Positions 38,779 to 48,883 of a stretch of DNA of 64,000 bases are shown piece after piece. The translations under genes were made by a program, and so were the position numbers. Below the pieces are notes generated by a model. It was not told the DNA's origin, did no database searches, and saw only the letters and a program-made list of their open reading frames with translations. Numbering within the stretch: position 1 is the stretch's first letter; every line of letters begins with the position of its first letter. The stretch lies in the sequence record OK040170.1, one strand, 5' to 3'.

Positions 38779-40766
38779 AAACCCGTTACGCTCGTGAATT
38801 AGTTAACTGGCAAGAACGTGAGATCTGGGCACACGCAGAAGACCCAGAGGAATTCATTATCGTCTTTGATGATGGTGAGTTACCAACTCATTGGGAACAG
38901 GTTTTAGTATCCTGGTATTTCTGGCAGTATCATCGGGAATATCCGAACGTACCATTGGAACTGAAACACTTCCTTTGGGACGATCGTCTGGAACCTGGCA
39001 TGGAAGACAAGCTCCGTAACCGCGGCATGAACTCTGTTCTAGCGGTGCATCCGGAAACCGATCGTGAAGATCTGCAAGCGACTGCATATCGGTTGTCTAA
39101 CATGCTTCACAACGCATTCTCGTCTGAAGGGGAAAGTTATCAGGCTTCTGTAGATGCACTGGCGTTGTTGCAAATCCACAGAGATCCGGATATCTCTAAA
39201 GCGTTGAACGAAACCCGCCACACCAAGGCGGGGATTAACGAACTGTACTCTCGTATCAATAAGGTCTTGATGGATAAACCGAGTCTTCGGTTCAATCCGA
39301 TGGTTGCAGCTAACCGCAACAAACAAATCAAGATCGCTCAGTTTGACCAGGTAGTCGGTGCCAGGGGATTCTGTTCTGAGATCGATCAGACCATTTTCCC
39401 AACCATGGTATCGTCTGGGTTCTCTCGCGGTCTACATCGGCTGTCTCATTATCTGATGTGTAGTCGAGATGCGTCTAAAGCGATGCAAGCAACCGATGAC
39501 CCGGTAAAACAAACCGAGTATTATAACCGAGAGCTGCAACTCTTTACGTTCGTCGTGAAAAGTATCTGGGTTGGCGACTGTGGTTCCACCGAGACAGTTC
39601 CGTGGTTAGTGGAAGCTGATGAGCTGGATACAATCCTGCCAGGGAAACGATATGTAGCAGAAGACGGCACGTTGAAGATGATCAAGCCGAGCGATCGTCA
39701 TCTCCGTGGTAAAGTCATTCAGCTGCGTAACGTAGCCAGCTGTTGGCATCCGGACGATGGGGTAATCTGTAGCACCTGTATGGGTGATATCGGTGAGTCC
39801 ATCCAGCGCGGTACCAACCTCGGCCATGCCTGTACTGTAACTCAGAACGAACGTGTATCTCAGGACGTAATCTCAACGAAGCACTTATTGATCTCAGCGA
39901 CCAGTGAAGGCTTTGAAGTAGATCCGTTCTATTCGGAGTATCTGGTTAACGCCGGTGACATCTCCGAGATCATGTTCTCCACGGGTGTTTGGGATAAACG
40001 CGTAGAGATCGAAATTGATCTGGCCGATATCCCTCGTCTGTCTGACATCACTGTAATGAAGAACCTGAGTAACGCAGAGCTGGCGCGCTTCTCTGTTATT
40101 CGTAGTTTGACATTGCTGATCCATAACGACGATGAAGATAAGTCTATCACGACAGTCATCGTACCTACATCCCATGGCTCCTATCGTCCGTTCCTGACGG
40201 AAGTGATGGTTAAGCACATGTTGGATTATGGTTATGAAACGTTGGGGAAGAAGATTAAGATCGACATGACTAACTGGGATAACACAGAGTCCATCCTGCG
40301 ATTCCCAGAACGTCACCAATCTACCCTGGAGCTGATGGCTGAACTGAAGTCTGCATTGTTCATGTCTACCAAAGAATCGAAAGCTAAGCTGCGCTATGAC
40401 CTGACTGACCCGGACATTCTGTCCATGGCCATGAAGGACATGTGTGAGATGACTAACCGTAAGTTCTCGGTTAACTTGGCAATCGTCGAAATGGTACTCT
40501 ATGCGATGATGTCTCGTGATCCTGCCAACGGCGATTATCGTCTGCCGAAGAAAGGAACTGGGCGTTGGTTTGATTCTAAATCCAACATTATGAACGGGCG
40601 CTCCTTGTCCGTTAAGTCCAGTTACGAGCAGCAGTATGAAATGCTTCAGTCTGCGAGCAGTTACACGAACCCAGTTAGACCTTCGCATCCATTTGATTAT
40701 CTACTTGTGGATGTAGAGGGTTGGCGTCGTAAGCATCGCCGTAACGGTACTGAGATAAAGGCGTAA
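38775..40766 (+). CDS. nvRNAP beta' C-terminal subunit (phiKZ gp74-like)
   Basis: GDCGS and CWHPDDGVICSTCMG Zn site, QDVISTKH; GTG start overlapping the previous stop. Confidence 0.85.
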   Translation: MKTRYARELVNWQEREIWAHAEDPEEFIIVFDDGELPTHWEQVLVSWYFWQYHREYPNVPLELKHFLWDDRLEPGMEDKLRNRGMNSVLAVHPETDREDLQATAYRLSNMLHNAFSSEGESYQASVDALALLQIHRDPDISKALNETRHTKAGINELYSRINKVLMDKPSLRFNPMVAANRNKQIKIAQFDQVVGARGFCSEIDQTIFPTMVSSGFSRGLHRLSHYLMCSRDASKAMQATDDPVKQTEYYNRELQLFTFVVKSIWVGDCGSTETVPWLVEADELDTILPGKRYVAEDGTLKMIKPSDRHLRGKVIQLRNVASCWHPDDGVICSTCMGDIGESIQRGTNLGHACTVTQNERVSQDVISTKHLLISATSEGFEVDPFYSEYLVNAGDISEIMFSTGVWDKRVEIEIDLADIPRLSDITVMKNLSNAELARFSVIRSLTLLIHNDDEDKSITTVIVPTSHGSYRPFLTEVMVKHMLDYGYETLGKKIKIDMTNWDNTESILRFPERHQSTLELMAELKSALFMSTKESKAKLRYDLTDPDILSMAMKDMCEMTNRKFSVNLAIVEMVLYAMMSRDPANGDYRLPKKGTGRWFDSKSNIMNGRSLSVKSSYEQQYEMLQSASSYTNPVRPSHPFDYLLVDVEGWRRKHRRNGTEIKA

Positions 40767-40775
40767 TAACGTCAT

Positions 40776-40806
40776 AAGGGGAGCTTCGGCTCCCTTTCTT
40801 TTTTTG
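40776..40806 (+). terminator. intrinsic terminator
   Basis: AAGGGGAGC-ttcg-GCTCCCTTT plus T-run. Confidence 0.85.
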
Positions 40807-40883
40807 TTTTCACCATGAGGGAGGGCGTAAGAAAGCACGTATCCGCTTCTAGTTATGGAGCGATATTTTCTACGAGGACTGTT

Positions 40884-43445
40884 ATGGTAGAGTTTAAGAT
40901 CACTCGATACAGTCACTATTTCTCAGTGGCGGCGATAACTGCCAAGGCTCGCGGATTCCGTAGGTCTATAGCAGAGACGCTTATCGAGAGTAACCTAACC
41001 AAGAAACGTGGACGCTTTGTCCAAGAGCAAAAAAGGATCTATGCTCGTCGTGACTTGGAAAGAGAAGAAATCTGTTTCCATGATAACCTCTGGGAAGAGT
41101 TCTATCAAAAGGCGATGTATGAGGGATTCAATGAAGACTCTTTTGAGATTGACGTTGTCCCGATGTACGAGCCTGTTAAGTTTGAGATGTCAATAGATGC
41201 AACGCCATGGCCAGAGCAATTGCCTGTAATTGATTTCTGTCTTGCAGAAGGGAAACAGAAAGTCGTAACCGCCCAGCCTGGGTTCGGTAAAGCTCAATCC
41301 TTAGATGCGTCTATCAAAGTCCCTGGCGGTTGGAAACGAATGGGTGACATTTCAATTGGGGACAGAGTTATTAGTCGCGACGGTACTGAATGTAACGTCA
41401 CAGGTGTATTCCCGCAAGGGGTAACTGAATTATGGAGGGTACATTTTGCAGATGGCCGGTTCACAGACGTTAACCCGGATCACCTGTGGGAAATACGGAT
41501 GCGGTCAAATGAAGGTTCTCAGGTAATAGATACTCGGGAAATAAAACGTCGTTTAGATCTTAACAATGATAGGTCTAAACGGATAACTGTTCCGCTATGT
41601 GTTGCCGAGGAGGGCGTGGCTAAAGACTTCCTTATTGACCCTTATGTTCTAGGGGTTGCATTGGGTGACGGAAATATAACTGAGCGGGGAGTTTCGATAT
41701 CTAAACCAGATAAGTTTATCCGTGAAAGGATTTCTGGTTTGTTACCTGAAGATCTGCGAGTATCTGAGATCAAGTCGACTGAGGGTATGACATTCTCTAT
41801 CGTTAGATCTAGTACATCCGGTCCGAATAACTCCATTGTTTCCGCTTTTAATCAGCTTGGTTTGGCTGGGAAGCGGTCTTGGGAGAAATTCATCCCGGAA
41901 GAATATCTGCACGGTTCAGCTGAACAAAGAAGGGAGTTACTTCGTGGGTTAATGGACACGGACGGGACGGTTGATGGTAAAACCACCGCTACTTTTTCGA
42001 GTACGTCCTACGAATTAGCAAAAGGAGTTCAGTACCTAGTTCGCAGTCTAGGGGGAATCGCCAGTCTTTCCAGTAGGATTCCAAAGTTCACTTACAAAGG
42101 GGAAGTAAAGGAAGGTCGTAAGGACTATCGTCTGATTATACGGACTAAGACCCCGACTGACCTATTTGCGTTACCTCGTAAACTGAATCAGACCTGTGGC
42201 GAGAACCAATATCGTGAGCACTTAAGGTTGGGTATTACTGCAATTGAAGTTTTGCCCGATGCTCCTACTCAGTGCATCATGGTAGATCATCCGGAACACT
42301 TGTACGTTACTGATGATTTTATCGTGACTCACAATACGATGATCTCCCTTTACGTTGCCGCCCAGATGGGTGTACGGTTCGCCGTCGTTACATTAGGTGG
42401 CTACGAAGACCGATGGGTTCCTGAGATGTATCGTCTCTTAGGATTTGAGCCTAGCGAAGTTCGGTCTTGTTGCGGTTGTACTAAACTCTATAAGCTTCTA
42501 CGTGAAGTTAAAGAGACTGGGATTCCTGATGTTAAAGCAATCTTCCTCTCCACTGCAACGTTGCGTGATTTCTTCAAGAATTACAAAAACGGTAAGGTGG
42601 TAGGTACGGGTTGCGAAGATATTGATCCCCGTGACATTTGGGAAGTACTGGGCGTTGGTCTAAGGATCACTGACGAAGCTCACAAAGACTTCCATGCAAA
42701 CTTTATAGCTGATCTCTTTAGTCATGTTCCTAGGACTATTTATCTGACCGCTACGTTGTTCTCTAATCAGGACTTCATGAAGCGAATGTACGAGATTTTA
42801 CTACCTCGTAAGTTCCGGAAAGAAGGCGGTAAGTTGAATGTCTACGTTGAGACTGTTCGTGTTCTGTATCGTCTCAAAGACCCTAGTAAGGTTAGGTTCA
42901 ATGGCGGACAAGGGAGTTATTCCCACACGGCTTATGAAGCGTGGATAATGAAAGATGCCGAAAGAGAAAAGAACTACATCGAAGCTATCTATAAGTACGC
43001 TTTGAATCAATGGGTTCTGAGTAAACTGGACGGCCACAAACTACTGATCTTTGCTGCTACGATAGAGCTTTGTCAGAAAATCAGGGACTTGTTACAACAA
43101 CGACTACCTGACCTGATTATCAATAGTTATACGGCTGGGGATGATTATCAGATTCTTCTGGATTCTGACATCATCGTTTCTACAATCGGTAAATCCGGTA
43201 CTGCAGTAGATATTCCTGACTTGACTCAGGCTATCATGACCGTAGCTATCGATTCACCGAATGCTAACGTTCAGGCGTTGGGTCGTTTACGTGAACTGAA
43301 GGGTGACAAGAAGTTCCCTCAGATCTTCCATTACTTTGTCTGTATGGATATTCAGAAACAGATCGACTATGCCAAGAGTAAGGAACGGCTGTTCAGCAAT
43401 CGTGTAACGAAGGTTAGGACAGAACACTTACCTGGTGTCATTTGA
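40884..43445 (+). CDS. SF2 helicase (phiKZ gp75-like) containing an intein
   Basis: Walker A AQPGFGK/T, DEAH, YLTAT, QALGRLR; start ATG 40884 behind GAGGA. Confidence 0.88.
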   Translation: MVEFKITRYSHYFSVAAITAKARGFRRSIAETLIESNLTKKRGRFVQEQKRIYARRDLEREEICFHDNLWEEFYQKAMYEGFNEDSFEIDVVPMYEPVKFEMSIDATPWPEQLPVIDFCLAEGKQKVVTAQPGFGKAQSLDASIKVPGGWKRMGDISIGDRVISRDGTECNVTGVFPQGVTELWRVHFADGRFTDVNPDHLWEIRMRSNEGSQVIDTREIKRRLDLNNDRSKRITVPLCVAEEGVAKDFLIDPYVLGVALGDGNITERGVSISKPDKFIRERISGLLPEDLRVSEIKSTEGMTFSIVRSSTSGPNNSIVSAFNQLGLAGKRSWEKFIPEEYLHGSAEQRRELLRGLMDTDGTVDGKTTATFSSTSYELAKGVQYLVRSLGGIASLSSRIPKFTYKGEVKEGRKDYRLIIRTKTPTDLFALPRKLNQTCGENQYREHLRLGITAIEVLPDAPTQCIMVDHPEHLYVTDDFIVTHNTMISLYVAAQMGVRFAVVTLGGYEDRWVPEMYRLLGFEPSEVRSCCGCTKLYKLLREVKETGIPDVKAIFLSTATLRDFFKNYKNGKVVGTGCEDIDPRDIWEVLGVGLRITDEAHKDFHANFIADLFSHVPRTIYLTATLFSNQDFMKRMYEILLPRKFRKEGGKLNVYVETVRVLYRLKDPSKVRFNGGQGSYSHTAYEAWIMKDAEREKNYIEAIYKYALNQWVLSKLDGHKLLIFAATIELCQKIRDLLQQRLPDLIINSYTAGDDYQILLDSDIIVSTIGKSGTAVDIPDLTQAIMTVAIDSPNANVQALGRLRELKGDKKFPQIFHYFVCMDIQKQIDYAKSKERLFSNRVTKVRTEHLPGVI
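41292..42335 (+). mobile_element. class 3 intein with LAGLIDADG (DOD) endonuclease, 348 aa
   Basis: Ala1 start, NPDHLW block B, LGVALGDG and LRGLMDTDG, TQCIMV block F Cys, VTHN end, Thr +1. Confidence 0.92.
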
Positions 43446-43497
43446 ATCATAGGCGGAGGGGAAACCCTCCGATCTATTTTGTTTTAGGAGAAATAAC

Positions 43498-43929
43498 ATG
43501 ATCGATCGTATCAAACTTAAAATATTGGGTAGAGTGGGTTCTGGTAAGACTTCCGTATTGCAATTTATTAAGCATAAGCACGGACTGGTCTCTAATGATC
43601 CTAATGTTAACGCTATTTCACTGGAGCGGGCATTGGGCGTTATGGATGAGATTAAACGAGGTTTGCTCAAAGAGATTAATGTTAAGATCGTGAGCAAGTC
43701 AGAACCTGTGTCCGGATTAAAGAATGGAGATATGGTATTGGTTATTGAAGGTAATTTGTCCCGTGCCATTAAATGCCAATTCATGCTGGATGTAATTATC
43801 CCAGCATTAACTAGTCAGGGAATTAAATTCTCCATTGCTAGCGATCTTTCTGCTCACGTAGATAATCCTGCTGTCTTCCCTCTCGATAAAATCGATGTCT
43901 CCTACGAAGAATTATACCCAAGGAACTAA
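43498..43929 (+). CDS. small P-loop-containing protein
   Basis: GRVGSGKTS Walker A; no clear Walker B. Confidence 0.55.
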   Translation: MIDRIKLKILGRVGSGKTSVLQFIKHKHGLVSNDPNVNAISLERALGVMDEIKRGLLKEINVKIVSKSEPVSGLKNGDMVLVIEGNLSRAIKCQFMLDVIIPALTSQGIKFSIASDLSAHVDNPAVFPLDKIDVSYEELYPRN

Positions 43930-43930
43930 C

Positions 43931-44422
43931 ATGTTCGATTATGTTGAATGCAATGATGCTAACCAATTCTTTATTCTGGCTTCGGAAAACAGCTTACATC
44001 TCCCTCGTGGGATTATGATGCGTACCATCAGAAGTGCTGCCGATGAGCCTGATTATAGTTTCAAAGGTGTCTTAGTTTACGCTAATGGTAAATGTTGTGC
44101 GCTCGGTTGTATTACCAGGAAGAAGCCAGAGGCTGCGTACAGTCTTATGCTTTACGTAAAGACCTGGTTACGCGGCATGGGTATCGGTTACGAATTAGTC
44201 CGGCAGTTAATCAAAGCGGCAGAAGGTCGTCGTGTATTCTGTTTTCCTTGGGATAGCAGAAGCGTTATCTTCTATCGTAAATGCGTCGATAAAGAAATCG
44301 TTACGTTAGATAACTTCCATGCGTATGAACGAAGATTAGTTAGCGATGAAAGTCTTCAATGGACTTTAGGCTCGGGGGATAATAATGGCAATCGTAAGGG
44401 TGTTGAAGTCCAACGTATTTGA
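43931..44422 (+). CDS. GNAT acetyltransferase-like protein
   Basis: [16 protein letters not shown] (motif A) and SVIFYRK; start ATG 43931. Confidence 0.7.
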   Translation: MFDYVECNDANQFFILASENSLHLPRGIMMRTIRSAADEPDYSFKGVLVYANGKCCALGCITRKKPEAAYSLMLYVKTWLRGMGIGYELVRQLIKAAEGRRVFCFPWDSRSVIFYRKCVDKEIVTLDNFHAYERRLVSDESLQWTLGSGDNNGNRKGVEVQRI

Positions 44423-44840
44423 AAGTGATCGGGAGATCATCGGAGTTACAGTTAACTGCGTCGGTGTTGCCGGGGCGGGGAATGCTAAAGAATGGAAGGA
44501 GCGCTATCCTGAGCAATATGCCAGGTACAATGCGCTATGTCGTAAAGGTAAGTTTTTCCCTGGTAGTCTCTTGTTGATGCCAACTAACGACGGGTCTGGT
44601 AAAAAGATCCTCCTGATGGCGACCAAGAAACACTGGAAAGATAAATCTGAAATGGAGTGGGTGGCTCGTATATTCTCGGCGCTAGCGGCACGATGTGAGG
44701 AGTTTAACATCGACGAGCTGGCTATACCCTATCCCGGCTGCGGTCATGGTGGATTGAAACGTAGTGAGGTCTTCGATGTCATTCACAAGGCTATGGAAGA
44801 TACGCTCGTAGAAATCGATCTGCACGACTATCGTTCTTAA
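44385..44840 (+). CDS. macrodomain protein (DarG/Appr-1-p-like)
   Basis: [21 protein letters not shown] and [13 protein letters not shown]. Confidence 0.85.
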   Translation: MAIVRVLKSNVFESDREIIGVTVNCVGVAGAGNAKEWKERYPEQYARYNALCRKGKFFPGSLLLMPTNDGSGKKILLMATKKHWKDKSEMEWVARIFSALAARCEEFNIDELAIPYPGCGHGGLKRSEVFDVIHKAMEDTLVEIDLHDYRS

Positions 44841-44901
44841 ACAACAAACGAGTAGGGCAAACGCCCTACTCTATTCACAATCGCTTATAGGGCGTCTAAT
44901 C

Positions 44902-45960
44902 ATGGGTTATTACTCAGTCCTTATCTTCTTTCCTGGTTTATTAATTATTCTGGGATCTAAGTATTTCTTTCCTCGTCAAATTACCAGGAAGGAGTTCATG
45001 GTTCAGCTGGGGTGCCTTGTTGTCTCGACTGCTATAGCGACTGCAGCATTGTCTGCCGGTCAGTTATACAAGACATCTGATTTCAATATCCTAAACGGCG
45101 TAGTTACTGATAAGAAGCGGGTAGAAGTTTCATGCGAACATCAGTACCAGTGCGACGAAATATGCTCAGGTACCGGTAAAAATCGAAGCTGTACTCCAGT
45201 CTATTGCGATGAGCACGATAACGACTGGGATTACAACGTTTACACTACCGTCGGTAAGTTTGAAATAAAGCGACTGGATGATCAGGGGGCTCGTACACCG
45301 CCTCGTTGGTTAGCGGCTAAGATTGGCGAGCCTGCTGCCAAAGTAGAATCGGTCACCAACTATACGTTAATCGATGATGAGCGTTATAAGGCTGAGGAAG
45401 CGAGTGAACTTAAGTACAAGGGTAAGTTACCTGATTATCCTAAGACTGAGGATTACTATCGCTATAATCGTATCGTAAATACCACCCCGTTCTCGTTCGG
45501 TTATTTGAACAACTACCTCAATCGAATGCTGATTGAATACGGTGCGAAGAAACAACTGAACGTTATCCTGGTTATTACCGAAAATGATCCTGACTACTGG
45601 AAGGCACTTCGTAGCCACTGGAAAGGGGTTCGGAAAAACGATGTTGTATTAGTTTACGGTATCGGGGATAATAATGAGATCAAATGGTTCGAAGCAGAGA
45701 CATTCGCTGACGGGGAAGGTAATCGTAGATTGATTATTGATCTGGAAGGGATGGCGCGGAACAATCGTTTGGGTTACGATCTTGTACATCATCAGTTTGA
45801 ACATATCGTTACCGAGTATGTCCGTAAACCGAACGCTGAGTTCGCGTATATGGCCAGTAATTACTCTCCGCCTATTTGGTGGATTGTTCTAATCATTTTC
45901 ATCAACATGCTCGTCACTGGTGGCGTGGCTATATACTTCAAAGACAACAGAGTCTTTTAA
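44902..45960 (+). CDS. membrane protein with TPM(DUF477)-like C-terminal region
   Basis: Two N-terminal and one C-terminal TM segments, CEH..C..C Cys cluster, NVILVI...HWKGVRKNDVVLV. Confidence 0.55.
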   Translation: MGYYSVLIFFPGLLIILGSKYFFPRQITRKEFMVQLGCLVVSTAIATAALSAGQLYKTSDFNILNGVVTDKKRVEVSCEHQYQCDEICSGTGKNRSCTPVYCDEHDNDWDYNVYTTVGKFEIKRLDDQGARTPPRWLAAKIGEPAAKVESVTNYTLIDDERYKAEEASELKYKGKLPDYPKTEDYYRYNRIVNTTPFSFGYLNNYLNRMLIEYGAKKQLNVILVITENDPDYWKALRSHWKGVRKNDVVLVYGIGDNNEIKWFEAETFADGEGNRRLIIDLEGMARNNRLGYDLVHHQFEHIVTEYVRKPNAEFAYMASNYSPPIWWIVLIIFINMLVTGGVAIYFKDNRVF

Positions 45961-45977
45961 TTAAGGAATAAAATACC

Positions 45978-46559
45978 ATGGGCGTTTCTGCAGATAAAAC
46001 CGCTTTCTCTTTCGCTAAAGCTTTAGTAGTAGCGATGTTACTTTCCGGTGCTGTGATTGTAGGGGTTACAGTCGCGTACGTATCCGCTTACAACGAAGGT
46101 AATAAGAGCGAAGAACAGATCAAGTATCTGAATACTGAATCAGAGAACCGTCTGAGCTCCTACACGAACTCTGTGCTGGAGCAAGCACAAATTCCAGAGA
46201 AGTACAAGGACAACTTGAAAGACGTCCTTAAAACGGCTCTGGAAGCTCGTTATGGCGATACCGGTAATAAGTCTACTATCTCCTTTATCCAGGAGCACGC
46301 AGTTAACTTCGACAGCAAGATGTACGAAAACATTCAGGCGACTATCAAGTCTGGCCGTGAGGAGTTCCGTATCTCTCAAACTCGTAAGATTGAAACCTGC
46401 CGTAACTACCGGACTTCCCTGGGTTACTTCTGGAAAGGGACTTTCTTGAAGTTTGCCGGTTATCCGAAAGTTAACCTGGACGATGTCTGCGCCCTGGTGA
46501 GCGATGAGCGCTCCATGGAAGCATTCAAAACCAAAAAGACATCACCAATCAAACTGTAA
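45978..46559 (+). CDS. LemA-like membrane-anchored protein
   Basis: N-terminal TM then YN, helical body, C-terminal RNY...FW..FLKFAGY. Confidence 0.6.
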   Translation: MGVSADKTAFSFAKALVVAMLLSGAVIVGVTVAYVSAYNEGNKSEEQIKYLNTESENRLSSYTNSVLEQAQIPEKYKDNLKDVLKTALEARYGDTGNKSTISFIQEHAVNFDSKMYENIQATIKSGREEFRISQTRKIETCRNYRTSLGYFWKGTFLKFAGYPKVNLDDVCALVSDERSMEAFKTKKTSPIKL

Positions 46560-46625
46560 TAATAAAACCCTCAGAGAGCCGCTTACGCTCTCTGAGGGCC
46601 TATAACGTTTAATAGAGGAAGTGTA

Positions 46626-47183
46626 ATGGAAACTCGTATGGTCTTTAGTAACCTTCGTCGTACTGCGGGTAAGTTGTTCCGCAATGTAGGCTTTCGTGAG
46701 GAGGGTGCACAAACTAACCTCAACTCACTGAATACGGCTCAGTACGAAGTAGTGACTTTCTTGAATCAGTCACTTAATGCTGGCGTTAACAATATTATCA
46801 AAAGTATTGCCAGTGAGTCCACTGTAGAGGAAATGGCGCATTTATTCCGTCATGCCCATACGTTGGGTTTCCTCAAGTGTGACGTCGCCGTCCTGACCTG
46901 TAAGCGAGGTTTTCAGAAGGGGTCGTTCTACGTCTACCTTCATGAAGAAAGCCTGAGTAAGAAAGTTTACCTGGAATGGGTAATTCACCAGGTAGGGCTG
47001 ATGTGGGGAGTTAACCTTCCGATTAAGGTTGTAACCGATTGTCAGTACGTTAGTGACACTCGAGTTAACCCTAATGAACTAAACGATCTTGATCACTTGA
47101 GTTTGTACTATCAACTCATCTCGTTCGGGGTAGATGTTTATCCTGGTAATGCGGGTAAAGAATCGGCATTTCTGATTAAGTAA
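46626..47183 (+). CDS. hypothetical protein (185 aa)
   Basis: GAGGA SD. Confidence 0.75.
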   Translation: METRMVFSNLRRTAGKLFRNVGFREEGAQTNLNSLNTAQYEVVTFLNQSLNAGVNNIIKSIASESTVEEMAHLFRHAHTLGFLKCDVAVLTCKRGFQKGSFYVYLHEESLSKKVYLEWVIHQVGLMWGVNLPIKVVTDCQYVSDTRVNPNELNDLDHLSLYYQLISFGVDVYPGNAGKESAFLIK

Positions 47184-47191
47184 TTAGTTAG

Positions 47192-47316
47192 CTCTCATTT
47201 TTTACGTACGTTTCAATTATGTGTCAGAACTTGGTCACGGCCCGGAGGGTCTGTGACTATTAGGGGTTTTAGAGTGAACTAGGATGACCAAAGGGAAGAC
47301 GAAGTGAGCTCCCTAA
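47192..47316 (+). repeat. dispersed structured module, copy 2 of 3
   Basis: CTCTCATTTTTTACGT, GGTCAC-GGCCC-gga-GGGTC-T-GTGACT (47233-47258), ATTA, TAGGG(47261)...CCCTA(47315) enclosing a GA-rich hairpin. Confidence 0.85.
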
Positions 47317-47435
47317 ACGCGTGGATAATTAACCCCATTTAAACTAAATTGATATTCACTGGTAGATTAAGTTCTACTGGTGATTATTGATCTATTTTGT
47401 AAAATTACCAATATACCTCCATTGGATCTTAGGTA

Positions 47436-47443
47436 TATATTAC
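47436..47443 (+). promoter_or_regulatory. TATATTAC early promoter
   Basis: GGTATATATTACCAGATTGA. Confidence 0.7.
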
Positions 47444-47463
47444 CAGATTGAATAGATTACTAC

Positions 47464-48027
47464 TTGGATAACAGGAGAAGTAAATTGAAACACTTATCAA
47501 TTACCGCTGGTTGGGGTAGCGTTAAGAACACTACGATCATCAGCTACGAAGATAACGATACTTTATCTCGTGGATTACTCCATACGTTCATTAACGAAGC
47601 AAGTGGAAGTTTCTGCCTGGATCATCTGGAAGCTATCGCTAAAGTGGTACGCGGTATTGTTAGCGGTGAACTGCGCACAGATGAGGACATCGTTGTAGTC
47701 CCTTCTTATCTCACTGTTTCATACAGCCAAGAACGTTCAGTTTGGACCAGGGCCCGTTACCAGATTTTCTCAGGTGGCGAGTTAATCTGGAAAGGGATTT
47801 TCGCATTAGATAGTAATGGCGACTTCGATACTGCATGGATGGTGCGCGCTTGGGTATCGAAAGCACTTATTCGCGTCGACCATAATTTGATAGGCTATGC
47901 TGCTGACATCATGGAACGTGTCCGGAGTAGCGATAACCTCAAGAAAGAATTGGTAATAGAGCGCTTTGTCTTTGAAGGCAAAGAGATTATTGTCAACGTG
48001 TCTAAAAGCTACCAAGGAGCTAAGTAA
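47464..48027 (+). CDS. hypothetical protein
   Basis: TTG start; an alternative TTG behind AGGAG at about 47485. Confidence 0.7.
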   Translation: MDNRRSKLKHLSITAGWGSVKNTTIISYEDNDTLSRGLLHTFINEASGSFCLDHLEAIAKVVRGIVSGELRTDEDIVVVPSYLTVSYSQERSVWTRARYQIFSGGELIWKGIFALDSNGDFDTAWMVRAWVSKALIRVDHNLIGYAADIMERVRSSDNLKKELVIERFVFEGKEIIVNVSKSYQGAK

Positions 48028-48287
48028 TGTCCAGAGAAAGTATCGTTAGTGTTACACTGAAATCCGAATACTGCGATGTTAGTGAGAAAGAGTTTTCTTA
48101 CTACTGCGGCGAAGAGCGTTCTCTCATGTGCGTTGCTGATGAGATTGCTGAATGGATCGAAGAGTGTAGCGTAATGCTCTGCCCTGAGCCAGACGACATC
48201 CAAGAGGCGTTGGAAAACCTTTATCTCAACGGCTCGTCTAAAATGGATACACTGGATGAAACGGAAGTCTTGTTCCGGAAAGTTTAA
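48027..48287 (+). CDS. hypothetical acidic protein (86 aa)
   Basis: AGGAG SD, TAATG junction. Confidence 0.75.
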   Translation: MSRESIVSVTLKSEYCDVSEKEFSYYCGEERSLMCVADEIAEWIEECSVMLCPEPDDIQEALENLYLNGSSKMDTLDETEVLFRKV

Positions 48288-48298
48288 AGGGGCCTGTT

Positions 48299-48871
48299 GT
48301 GGAAAACAAAGAATACATTTTAACGGTTAAAGAAAACGTTATCCGTGTTAAGTTACCGGGCGAGACTACGAAAGAAGAGTTCGTTCGCAAAGTCTCCAAA
48401 GAAATCCGTAAACAACTCAGCCGCGTGGCAAGTAAAGTCATCGTGGAAGGGTTGACGTCCCAATTACCGGAATACCTGGGTAAGTATTATCAGGAAACCG
48501 AGCAGTACAATTACGCGATGCTCTCAGCGGCTTATAACCTGTCGCTGTACGTTATCCCTATCGATGATACTCAGGTAGAATTAAAACCGGTTATACGTTC
48601 TCTGGGAGCGTGTCGTGGGCACATTACGTACAAAGGTCAGAAGAGTCCGTTCATTCTCATGGAAGGAGATACTCTAGAAGAGGCGGTAACAAAAGTCCAT
48701 CGTCGCTTGGCTACTAAAATCAAGGAAACTAATTTCCCTGAAGACCTGGAGTTAATCGAGTCAGGTCTAGCTAAAGATTCCATTACGGAAATCCTGGGCT
48801 ACTTTGCAAATGATGGTGAGCGCGGGTCAACTATCGAACATCCGTGTGGCATCGTTCTCTTTATCGAATAA
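48299..48871 (+). CDS. hypothetical protein (190 aa)
   Basis: GTG start, AGGGG SD. Confidence 0.75.
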   Translation: MENKEYILTVKENVIRVKLPGETTKEEFVRKVSKEIRKQLSRVASKVIVEGLTSQLPEYLGKYYQETEQYNYAMLSAAYNLSLYVIPIDDTQVELKPVIRSLGACRGHITYKGQKSPFILMEGDTLEEAVTKVHRRLATKIKETNFPEDLELIESGLAKDSITEILGYFANDGERGSTIEHPCGIVLFIE

Positions 48872-48883
48872 TTACCTGGAGCA

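Noticed and set aside
40815-41294. Both inteins starting at residue 160 of the track ORFs
   Set aside because: Coincidence: the first helicase probably starts at ATG 40884, not 40815.
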